Below the pieces are notes generated by a model. It made no database searches. It saw only the letters and a list, made by a program, of their open reading frames with translations, and had not been told where the DNA came from. Below are positions 36,767 to 44,715 of a stretch of 64,000 nt of DNA, piece after piece (position 1 is the stretch's first letter; every line of letters begins with the position of its first letter). A program made the position numbers and the translations under genes. The stretch is from Chloroflexota bacterium (GTDB lineage Bacteria; Chloroflexota; UBA11872), in contig WTFW01000083.1 of the NCBI GenBank assembly GCA_011523785.1, forward strand, positions 9 through 64,008, in the 5' to 3' direction.

Positions 36767-38026
36767 GTGATGTCGGCAGGCCACGATTTAGCTTTCAGGA
36801 GGCGAGCGCAGCGGCTCCTGTCCGCTGTGGTTGAGGCTGGTGCAATTAGAAACTGGCACCCGTACACAACCGATCCGGAAGAGCTGAGGTACCCGGCCAA
36901 GATCTTTGTCTGGGTTCGCTGGTTCATTCACGGGGCCAGCATTATTGACTTGGTATATCGGCCAACATTTACCCCGTTTACATATACTACCTACATAAGC
37001 TTCCTCGTGCTGCTTATAATAGTAAACGGCATCGTCCACTATCGCGTAGTTGCCGGTCCTTCAGTGACGATACGCTGGATGCTTGCGCTTAGCATGCTGG
37101 ACGTGATCATCATAACCGCTGGCACGGCAATTGGCGGCGGATTGAATAACAACCTCTTCTATCTGCTGTACTACCCGTCGTTAGCCTGGTTTGCGGTCTT
37201 CTTCGGCTCGTTCAGATTGAGTATGGTGTGGACCACGGTAGTAGTCGTCGCTTACATAATCGTATGTTTGGCCGTTGCTTCAGGTCTCGACCTTGAGGCG
37301 AAGGAAGAGAAAGAACTGTTTGGCAGAACCATCGTCATGTATGCCGTGGCGGCGTCCGTGAGCCTCCTGTCCAGGGCCGAGAGAATCCGTAGGGAAGGTG
37401 CGGTGAAACGCGAGCGCGAGCTGCATCGGGAGCGAATCGAGCTCTCGCAGACGATTCACGACACCACGGCCCAGTCCGTATTCATGATTGGGATTGGAAT
37501 CGACACGGCGCGCGAGCTGATCAAAGAGCCCGATGGTGAGTTGGAGGCCAAGCTGAAGGCGACGTCGGCGCTCTCGAAGTCGGCGATGTGGGAGCTTCGA
37601 CATCCGATTGACGCCGGTCTCATTTTCGAGGGCAGAACGCTGAGCCGTGTCCTGCAACTGCACGCGGCCTCGTTTGAAACCATTACGTCGATTCCAGCCG
37701 AGGTCGTGTTGACCGGTACGGAGCCGTCGTTGCCGTCGGTTACCCGCAGTCGGCTCTTCTCGATCGCGCACAACGCGCTGACGAATGCGTTACGGCACGC
37801 GCGGCCGGGCAAGGTCGCGATCGCCCTTGACTTTGAGGACGCGGGCCTCCGCATGTCCATATCCGATGATGGCATCGGACTTCCTGATGACTATGCCGAG
37901 CGCGGGCATGGCTTCAGGTACATGCGCGCCAACGCGGAACGAATAAACGGCCGGCTCCACGTTCAATCCGGGAGTTGCGGCACGGGCACCACCGTCATGT
38001 GCGAAATCGAATACGATTCAACGTGA
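36767..38026 (+). CDS. Membrane-embedded sensor histidine kinase (HisKA_3/NarL-partner type)
   Basis: About 6 TM segments in the N-terminal half, H-box LSQTIHDTTAQSVF, and an HATPase_c region (NALRHA...DDGIGLP...GHGFRYM). Visibly lower G+C than the flanks. Confidence 0.9.
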   Translation: MMSAGHDLAFRRRAQRLLSAVVEAGAIRNWHPYTTDPEELRYPAKIFVWVRWFIHGASIIDLVYRPTFTPFTYTTYISFLVLLIIVNGIVHYRVVAGPSVTIRWMLALSMLDVIIITAGTAIGGGLNNNLFYLLYYPSLAWFAVFFGSFRLSMVWTTVVVVAYIIVCLAVASGLDLEAKEEKELFGRTIVMYAVAASVSLLSRAERIRREGAVKRERELHRERIELSQTIHDTTAQSVFMIGIGIDTARELIKEPDGELEAKLKATSALSKSAMWELRHPIDAGLIFEGRTLSRVLQLHAASFETITSIPAEVVLTGTEPSLPSVTRSRLFSIAHNALTNALRHARPGKVAIALDFEDAGLRMSISDDGIGLPDDYAERGHGFRYMRANAERINGRLHVQSGSCGTGTTVMCEIEYDST

Positions 38027-38039
38027 GGAGGTTGTTAAC

Positions 38040-38708
38040 TTGTCTGTAAGACCGCCAACCAGCGTCATGATTGTCGATGACCACTCCATCATGCGTGACG
38101 GCCTGCAGGAGATGTTGGACCGATCTGATGACTTCCAGGTCGTGGGCCAGGCCCGGGACGGCCGGGAGGCCGTGGAAGTGGCCGGTCGTCTCAAGCCTGA
38201 CGTCATCATCATGGACGTCATTATGCCGGTTAAAGACGGCGTTGACGCCTGCCGCGAAATCATGGCTGCCGTGCCGGAAACCCGCGTGCTCGTGTTGACG
38301 GCTTCGACCAACGATAAAACCGTCATCGACGCGATTGCCGCCGGCGCGACGGGCTATCTGCAAAAGTTCACAGGCAAGGACGAACTCCTCGCAACGATCC
38401 GTGACGTGGCTGACGGTGAGTTCCGCGTGCCGGGCGATCTGGTCCGGCGAGCTTTCGCCGGCGTCGGCGACAGCCCCGCCCATGACGACTCCGCCGAATT
38501 GACACGTCTAACTGAGCGGGAGCGGCAGATCCTCAAGCTCTTTGCCGAGGGAATGTCGTATGCCGAGATCGGCGAGGTTAGGGGCAATCGCCCCTTGACC
38601 ATCCGCAATGCCGTCTACCGCATCCGCGACAAGCTCGGGGCCAGGTCCAGTCAGGAGATGGTTGTCTGGGCCGTGCGAAACGGATTGCTGGATAACGACG
38701 AGACCTAG
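38040..38708 (+). CDS. Response regulator, NarL/LuxR family
   Basis: Receiver domain (VMIVDDH, DVIIMDVIMP) plus a LuxR HTH (LTERERQILKLFAEGMSYAEIG). TTG start with GAGGAGG SD 8 nt upstream. Confidence 0.92.
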   Translation: MSVRPPTSVMIVDDHSIMRDGLQEMLDRSDDFQVVGQARDGREAVEVAGRLKPDVIIMDVIMPVKDGVDACREIMAAVPETRVLVLTASTNDKTVIDAIAAGATGYLQKFTGKDELLATIRDVADGEFRVPGDLVRRAFAGVGDSPAHDDSAELTRLTERERQILKLFAEGMSYAEIGEVRGNRPLTIRNAVYRIRDKLGARSSQEMVVWAVRNGLLDNDET

Positions 38709-38814
38709 CGATTGACGCTCCGCCGCTCGCGGCGGAAGCACTAGTGCAAAAGTATCTATCAGTAGGTACAATAGAACTCCTGCGCGGAGCGCGGCTGACG
38801 AAGGGCGGGTCGAA

Positions 38815-38907
38815 ATGCGACGGAGACGAACCATCCTCATGGCAGCTGTGGTGGCGGCGGCCGCCGGGTCCTTCGCCCCCTCCTTTGACAGTGTCGGCTT
38901 AACGTGA
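38815..38907 (+). CDS. Hypothetical 30-aa ORF resembling the signal peptide of the downstream ankyrin protein (uORF or decayed 5' gene fragment)
   Basis: Hand translation: MRRRRTILMAAVVAAAAGSFAPSFDSVGLT*. Compare MRRIRTVLIAAVVAVAVAAAVATPVFAQ at 38970. Too short for the ORF track. Confidence 0.3.
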   Translation: MRRRRTILMAAVVAAAAGSFAPSFDSVGLT

Positions 38908-38969
38908 AGAGGATTAAATGTCTGCAGAGGTGTATGAACCTTTGCGACTGTGAAGAAGGGCGGCTTCAT

Positions 38970-40016
38970 ATGCGTCGGATACGAACAGTTCTCATTGCGG
39001 CCGTCGTGGCCGTCGCTGTGGCCGCGGCTGTTGCCACGCCCGTCTTCGCCCAGTGGCCGACCACCTGCGTCGACCTCAACGACATCGTGGAACAGCACCT
39101 GGGCCGCACCAACAACGTCGGCATCTATCAGCGGGTCTTTGGCGACCAGGCCGAAGCCGCCTGCCAGGGCGACCACCGCGAGGACGTGCGCGGCGTGTTC
39201 GCCTGGGCGTTCGGTCTTGCGGCGCCCGCTCCACCACCGGCCGTCGCGGGGTCCTCCTTGCCCCTGGCCAACGACGCCCTCTACTCAGCCGTCTGGCGGG
39301 GCCAGACTGAGCAGGTGCGCGCGCTCGTGGCCAGCGGCCTGAACGCCAACACTCGAAACTCGGATAACGATCCGCTCATCTACTCGGCGATCTGGCGCAA
39401 CTACGTGGACATCGTGCGCATCCTGGCCGACGCCGGCGCCAACGTGAACGCCCTGGACTCCGACGGCGACCCGGTGCTGCGTTCCGCGGTCTGGCGGGAT
39501 CACGCGAATGTCGTGCAGGTGCTGGTGGACGCCGGCGCAAACGTGGACGCCAGGGACTCCGATGGCGACCCGCTGCTCCGCGAGGCGATCTGGCGGGATC
39601 ACACCAACGTCGCGCGCATCCTGGTGGACGCCGGGGCCGACGTGAATGCCAGGGACTCCGATGGGGATCCGCTGCTCTTCGAGGCGGTCTGGCGCGGGCA
39701 TACCGAGATGGTGCGGATCCTCGTCAACGCCGGGGTCGATGTGAATGCTCGCGACTCGGATGGCGATACCGCCCTGGGCGAGGCGCAGTGGCGCGGTTAC
39801 AACGAGATCGTGCAGATCCTGCTGGCGGCGCCGGCCGTGGAGGCTGAACTCGGCTGGCCCACGACCTGTGTCGACCTGAACGACATCGTCGAAAACCACC
39901 TCGGCAACCACAACAACGTCGGCATCTACCAAAAGGTCTTCGGCGACCAGGCGGAGGCCGGCTGCCAGAACGACCACCGCGAGGACGTGCGCGGCGTGTT
40001 CGCCTGGGCGTTCTGA
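38970..40016 (+). CDS. Secreted ankyrin-repeat protein with a duplicated ~53-aa two-Cys domain at both ends
   Basis: Signal peptide ...ATPVFAQ. Six ~33-aa ANK-like repeats (DSDGDPLLxEAIWRDHxxVxxILVDAGADVNAR). N- and C-terminal WPTTCVDLNDIVE...FAWAF domains share 47 of 53 residues (hand count). Confidence 0.85.
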   Translation: MRRIRTVLIAAVVAVAVAAAVATPVFAQWPTTCVDLNDIVEQHLGRTNNVGIYQRVFGDQAEAACQGDHREDVRGVFAWAFGLAAPAPPPAVAGSSLPLANDALYSAVWRGQTEQVRALVASGLNANTRNSDNDPLIYSAIWRNYVDIVRILADAGANVNALDSDGDPVLRSAVWRDHANVVQVLVDAGANVDARDSDGDPLLREAIWRDHTNVARILVDAGADVNARDSDGDPLLFEAVWRGHTEMVRILVNAGVDVNARDSDGDTALGEAQWRGYNEIVQILLAAPAVEAELGWPTTCVDLNDIVENHLGNHNNVGIYQKVFGDQAEAGCQNDHREDVRGVFAWAF

Positions 40017-40053
40017 CGATGTGACCTGGTGCCGCACCACGACGCGCTGACAG

Positions 40054-40088
40054 CCGCCGTGGCCCGACTCCCATCCGGGCCACGGCGG
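40054..40088 (+). terminator. GC-rich hairpin downstream of the ankyrin gene (13-bp stem)
   Basis: ccgccgtggcccg-actcccatc-cgggccacggcgg. No clear U-tract. Confidence 0.5.
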
Positions 40089-40337
40089 GCACGTCGCCGA
40101 TCGAATCTGAAGGATGGTCGTGCCTCGTTCGGGACCGGACCCACTCAGAGAGTTACGCCACACCATCCGGTTCGGTCCCGAGTCTCAGCGAGCGTCAGCT
40201 ACCTGACATTGGCGGCGCGATTTCCGTGACAGCTCGGGTTCTGTTCACCCGGTTCGCCGGTGTGGCCCTGGTGCCGGCTGGGCCTGTGCTCTTGATTGGG
40301 ACTAAGAAGCACTCTTGACTCGTAGCGAGGAAAGACG

Positions 40338-42092
40338 ATGACTCACTCAGAGGCCCTATTTCGCAATTCTCAAGATGCATCGCATGTCGCCGACGTTGTG
40401 GGTTCCGGCATTCCTCTTGCCGCCGGCGACTTCAGAACCTACATCGTTTCTCGCCTCATCACGGGCATCGTACTTTTGTTGGTCCTCTCGGTGGCGGTAT
40501 TTGTTCTCACGCATATTTTGCCGGATGACCCTTTTCTCGGCGGGCAGTTGGGTCTTCTCCGTGACGAGTTGGGTCTTAGCTCCCCCATTAGCCGATACCT
40601 GAATTGGATTGGCGATATGTCCAGGGGAGACTTTGGCCACTCGTTCGAGGGCGGCACAGCGGTCGGCGACCTGATCGTTGAGCAATTGCCTGCGACTCTC
40701 TCATTGCTGCCACTAACGATGGTCTTCGCGGCGGCTGTCTCCATACCGCTGGGCGCCTTGGCCGCGGCCCGCCGCGGCAGTCTGATTGACCGCGTCGCGG
40801 GGGGAGCCGCTGTGTTCGGCGTGGCAGTACCGAGCTTCTGGCTCGCCCTCATGCTGATGCTCGTCCTGCCGATGGGGTCGCGGGACGGCCCGCTGAACGA
40901 GCTTGTCTTGCCCTCGCTGGTTCTGGCAATTCTTGTCGGAGCAGTCATAGTCCGAGTCATACGCTCCAGCATCGTGGAAGTTCTGGACAGCCAGGACATC
41001 GAGCCTTCGCGCGGTAGTCGACTTCCGGTAAGGACGTGCCTTGTGCGCTGCCTCGGCAACCTCTTGATCTGGACTCCGATCCTGTTTGGAGTCTTCCTGG
41101 CTGGCGCGATCGTGGTCGAGACCGTGTTGGTCGTTCCCGGAATCGGCTCGCTCGCTGTCTCGGCCGCACAGGCGCGTGACTACTCTGTGCTCCAGGCGGT
41201 AGCCATGGTGGCGGCGGGAATGGCGGTGGTAGTCCTGGGCTTCAGCCTGGTCGCGGGCTTGCTCGTTCGCCGGCTGGACCCTGGGGCTGCGGTCCGACCG
41301 GCCACCGGGCAGCCGGTCGGCACGAGGAGGAGCATCCCACCCGATCCATCCACGTCCATCGCACGGAAGGTGCCCAGGGTTCCTTTGATAGCTGTTGGAA
41401 TCCTGCTTGTCGTGGCCGCCTTGGCGCCAATCATTGCGACGCAAGATCCAGTCCAAGTGTCAATCGAGAACGCATCGTCGTCCCCCGGAGCTGGGCATCT
41501 GCTGGGAACCGACGCTCTCGGACGCGACGTCCTGAGCCGGTTGATTCACGGCGCGAGGCCCGGCCTCGCAGTGGCGCTCCTCTCCCTGATCCCCGTCGCT
41601 GTGGTAGGCGGCGGCCTGGGCCTGCTTTCCGGCTACGCCGGCGGCAAGGTCGACGCAATTATCACGGGAGCGTTGGACAACATACCGGCCTTTCCCCTGC
41701 TGCTTTTTGCAATTCTGGTGGCGGCGGCGTTTGATCCGGGCCTAACGGGCCTTCCAATTGCGGTGACCCTCATCCTGTGGCCAGGAATCGCCCGGGCCAC
41801 CCGCGACGAGGTAGCAGTCCTCAAGGCCAGGGGCGGTTTCAGCCTGTCCAATGCCATTAGTCCAATCATTGCGCTGGTGACGCTGCACTTCGGGCTGTCC
41901 ATCCTCATGGAAGCAACACTGAGCTTCCTCGGCCTGGGAATCGAGCCTCCTACACCGTCGTGGGGCGGCATGATGGCTGTTCCGATGCAGCAAATTCGAT
42001 CTGCGCCGTGGATTGTCATATTCCCCGGCCTGGCGCTTACAGCGTTGACGGTGACGATGATAGCGTCAAACTTCAGATGGTCGAGGATATAG
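40338..42092 (+). CDS. Fused ABC-transporter permease (DppB/OppB-like half + DppC/OppC-like half), with no cognate ATPase or binding protein nearby
   Basis: 584 aa. The N-half begins YIVSRLITGIVLLLVLSVAVFVLTHILPDDP. The C-half has HLLGTDALGRDVLSRLIHGAR and LSFLGLGIEPPTPSWGGMM. The EAA coupling-loop regions look degenerate or shortened in both halves. Confidence 0.8.
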   Translation: MTHSEALFRNSQDASHVADVVGSGIPLAAGDFRTYIVSRLITGIVLLLVLSVAVFVLTHILPDDPFLGGQLGLLRDELGLSSPISRYLNWIGDMSRGDFGHSFEGGTAVGDLIVEQLPATLSLLPLTMVFAAAVSIPLGALAAARRGSLIDRVAGGAAVFGVAVPSFWLALMLMLVLPMGSRDGPLNELVLPSLVLAILVGAVIVRVIRSSIVEVLDSQDIEPSRGSRLPVRTCLVRCLGNLLIWTPILFGVFLAGAIVVETVLVVPGIGSLAVSAAQARDYSVLQAVAMVAAGMAVVVLGFSLVAGLLVRRLDPGAAVRPATGQPVGTRRSIPPDPSTSIARKVPRVPLIAVGILLVVAALAPIIATQDPVQVSIENASSSPGAGHLLGTDALGRDVLSRLIHGARPGLAVALLSLIPVAVVGGGLGLLSGYAGGKVDAIITGALDNIPAFPLLLFAILVAAAFDPGLTGLPIAVTLILWPGIARATRDEVAVLKARGGFSLSNAISPIIALVTLHFGLSILMEATLSFLGLGIEPPTPSWGGMMAVPMQQIRSAPWIVIFPGLALTALTVTMIASNFRWSRI

Positions 42093-42158
42093 GTCAATGG
42101 CTTTACTTACGGTACCGTCGCACCGGGCGAGGCCTGGTGCATAGGACGGAGGTTTCCA

Positions 42159-43430
42159 GTGTGGAATGCTTGTAATAGCGTAATTCTTGAACACTACGCG
42201 GACTTTAAAGGTCGCGCGAGACGCTCGGAATTCTGGTGGTTTTATCTCGCCTATATCATCGTCCTTACAACGCTCTCGATACTTGGGGATCTCCACCCAG
42301 TATTCGGGATGGCTTATTGGGGAGTGGCCGTTTTGCTATTCCTGCCTGGGTTGGCGGTTTCAATCCGACGTCTCCATGATTCAGGCAAGAGTGGCTGGTG
42401 GTTTCTTGTACTACTAATTCCATTGGCCGGCTGGATAGCATTTCTCGTGTTCATGCTGCTCCCGAGCGACGAAGGAGCCAATAGGTACGGTCGACCACCT
42501 GATGAAGTGGAACAGAGGAGGGCCCTTGGGAAGGGTGGGCGCCACGTCGGAGTTGGTCCGGCGCCCGGTTCTGACCCGGCGAACTTGAACGAGTCTGATG
42601 CCGCGCTCTCCAGTACGGAACCGAACTCCTTCCGGCCTCGGCCAGGGCACGCTGATGAGATGGGGTCGGTGACCACGCGAGTTCGGTGGGTCCTGTGTGC
42701 CGGTGTGGCCCTGGTGCTGGCCGGGCCGGTGCTCCTCTTTTTCCTGGGCCGGTTTGTCCTGAGTCACGAGGCGCTCCTGCTGGACCACGTGGCCGAGCGC
42801 CGGACGCCCCTCGTCGAGCTCTCGCTCTGGGCCGGCGCCGACCCCAACTACCGCGACGCCGACGGCCGCTCGGCCCTGCCCGTGGCCGTCGAGCATGCCG
42901 ATTGGGAAGTCGTCCCGTTGCTCCTGGACGCCGGTGCCGATCCCGATGCCCGCACCTCCGACGGTGAGCCTGTCGCAGCCCTGGCCGCCGCCGGTGGCGA
43001 TGCCGGGATCCTGGCCATGCTGCTGGACGCTGGCGCCGACCCGAACGCCAGGGGCGAATCCGGCGTCGCGGTCCTGGTGCCAGCCGCGATTGCAGGCGAT
43101 GCCGAGATCGTGCGGCTGCTGCTGGACGCCGGCGCGGACCCCAACACGCTGGCGGAGCAGGACCTGTCGGTCCTGGCCCTGGCCGTCGATCGCGGCAACA
43201 CCGAGGTCGTGCGGCTGCTCTTGGACGCCGGCGCTGACCCCAACGGCCCCGGGATCGCGGAGCTCGTCCAGAAATCCGGTAACGCCGACCTGCTCGAGCT
43301 GCTCGAGGCCGGAGCGCTCACCGCGGAAGCGCTGTTCACCCTGGCCGAACTCGGCCTGAACGCCCTCGCCAACATCGACAAGTTCATCGAGGGCATGCTC
43401 TGCATCTTCACCCTCGGCTTCGGCTGCTAG
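42159..43430 (+). CDS. DUF805-domain membrane protein fused to a C-terminal ankyrin-repeat domain
   Basis: DUF805 signature (RARRSEFWWFYL..., SIRRLHDSGKSGWWFL, ANRYG), an extra TM segment, then about 5 ANK repeats (LLLDAGADPN...). GGAGG SD upstream of GTG 42159. Confidence 0.85.
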   Translation: MWNACNSVILEHYADFKGRARRSEFWWFYLAYIIVLTTLSILGDLHPVFGMAYWGVAVLLFLPGLAVSIRRLHDSGKSGWWFLVLLIPLAGWIAFLVFMLLPSDEGANRYGRPPDEVEQRRALGKGGRHVGVGPAPGSDPANLNESDAALSSTEPNSFRPRPGHADEMGSVTTRVRWVLCAGVALVLAGPVLLFFLGRFVLSHEALLLDHVAERRTPLVELSLWAGADPNYRDADGRSALPVAVEHADWEVVPLLLDAGADPDARTSDGEPVAALAAAGGDAGILAMLLDAGADPNARGESGVAVLVPAAIAGDAEIVRLLLDAGADPNTLAEQDLSVLALAVDRGNTEVVRLLLDAGADPNGPGIAELVQKSGNADLLELLEAGALTAEALFTLAELGLNALANIDKFIEGMLCIFTLGFGC

Positions 43431-43865
43431 CAGCCAGGCAGCCGTGGCCTGCAAATGCCGGGCTGATTCGCCCCCGCTCGACTCCGACGAGTAGGCCCTT
43501 CGCCGCACCCCCGCCACGCGCCCCGCTTGCTACTCGCCCCCAGCGAGTGTACACTGTTGGAGTAAGTCTCGCAACCCACTCCGCACATGCCCGCTGCCTC
43601 GTCGCTGCTGCGACTGATCCAACCTCTCCTGCGTCTCGTTCAGCTCCTGCGGGGTGCGGCTTTTCCACCCTGTCCGTTGAAGGCAAGTGCTGGGATCCGG
43701 GTGGTGCCTGCCCCCGCCGCCCGAAGGCGGGAGGACGGTCAATCCTGCAACCCCCCGACCTCGGCAAGCAGTCACCCGCTGGGCCGCCGGTCATGCCAGC
43801 GTTCGCGGGTTTCCGACCCGACGATCCACACTCCCAACCCCCCAAAATGCACCCTGCGCAGCCTC

Positions 43866-43889
43866 AAGAGTTTTTTGGAAAAAACTCTT
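43866..43889. repeat. AT-rich perfect palindrome AAGAGTTTTTT-GG-AAAAAACTCTT in an otherwise GC-rich gene-free region
   Basis: Read directly. It lies 67-90 nt beyond the stop of the minus-strand SH3 gene. Confidence 0.5.
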
Positions 43890-43955
43890 ATTGCGCGCGA
43901 GGGCGCCAAATTCCACCCCTTCCGGTCGCCCCCGCCGGCGGCCTGGCGCCGAGGA

Positions 43956-44447
43956 TCAGCGCCGGTCAAGGTACCGCTCCTGCACCCAGCCACCCGCTTC
44001 CAGCTCCACCCAGGTCAGCCCCTCCGACTGGCGGGAGCGGCCGGTGAGATCCACCTGGGTCTGGAAGGGCAGGATGCGCAGCACGCGGCCCTGGGTGCTG
44101 GGTTCGGTGCGCACATTCAGGCCGTCGGTCGCGTTCACCTCGCCGGTTCGCGACGGCGTGGGGGTAGGCGTCGGCGCCGGGGTTGGGGTTGCCTCGGGAA
44201 CGTCGGGCGCTGGCGTTTGCGGTGGCGCCGGCGCCAACACGGTGGGGACGGGGCCGGGGTTTGTCACGCCCACGTCAACGGCCGGACGCGGCGGGGCCGG
44301 CCGCTGGCTGGCCGCAGCCTCCACCTCGGGACCGGACAGCAGGAAGCGCAGGATCACGATGCCCACCACCGGCACCGCCAGCGTCCCCAGCAGGCCAATG
44401 GCCAGGGCCAGGCGGCTCTCGCGAGCCCAGCGGTCCCAGAAACTCAC
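43956..44447 (-). CDS. Membrane-anchored bacterial SH3-domain protein with PT-rich linker
   Basis: N-terminal TM segment, linker APAPPQTPAPDVPEATPTPAPTPTPTPS, and a C-terminal SH3_3-like domain (LNVRTEPSTQGRVLRILP...WVELEAGGWV). Confidence 0.8.
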   Translation of the reverse strand: MSFWDRWARESRLALAIGLLGTLAVPVVGIVILRFLLSGPEVEAAASQRPAPPRPAVDVGVTNPGPVPTVLAPAPPQTPAPDVPEATPTPAPTPTPTPSRTGEVNATDGLNVRTEPSTQGRVLRILPFQTQVDLTGRSRQSEGLTWVELEAGGWVQERYLDRR

Positions 44448-44614
44448 GGCTCGTCCTGTGGGTGCGGCGTAGTCGAATCACCGTATCGCACGGCGGGCGT
44501 CACGGTTGGATTGCGTAGACAGCCCGACGGTCCCACGCCTACAATTGCCGCACGCCGGCGATGCATGTCGGCTGTCAGCGCTCCAGCGTGGGAGCGTTGG
44601 GACGTTGATCCTCC

Positions 44615-44649
44615 CGCCCCGTATGGCAGCGATGCCGCGGGGCGTTTTT
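44615..44649 (+). terminator. Intrinsic-terminator-like hairpin plus U-tract inside the glnA 5' leader (possible attenuator)
   Basis: cgccccg-tat-ggca-gcga-tgcc-g-cggggcg followed by ttttt. It ends 67 nt upstream of the glnA ATG. Confidence 0.4.
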
Positions 44650-44715
44650 CATATATAGCCGGCAGGTCAGGCCGCAGGAGGCGGGCGGGCTGCCAACGCG
44701 AGGAGCGGCATCGCA

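Noticed and set aside
43431-43955. tmRNA, RNase P RNA or SRP RNA in the long convergent spacer
   Set aside because: GGGCTGATTC near 43461 resembles a tmRNA 5' end, and gcgggtttccgacccg near 43805 is T-arm-like. However, the acceptor strands do not pair, there is no CCA-proximal end, and there is no plausible tag ORF. I found no GGAAAGTCC-type RNase P P4 motif and no SRP domain IV motif.
36540-43955. Classical mobile genomic island (integrase, tRNA target, direct-repeat att sites)
   Set aside because: No integrase, transposase or tRNA gene was found, and I could not find convincing flanking direct repeats by eye. The island call rests only on composition and gene content.
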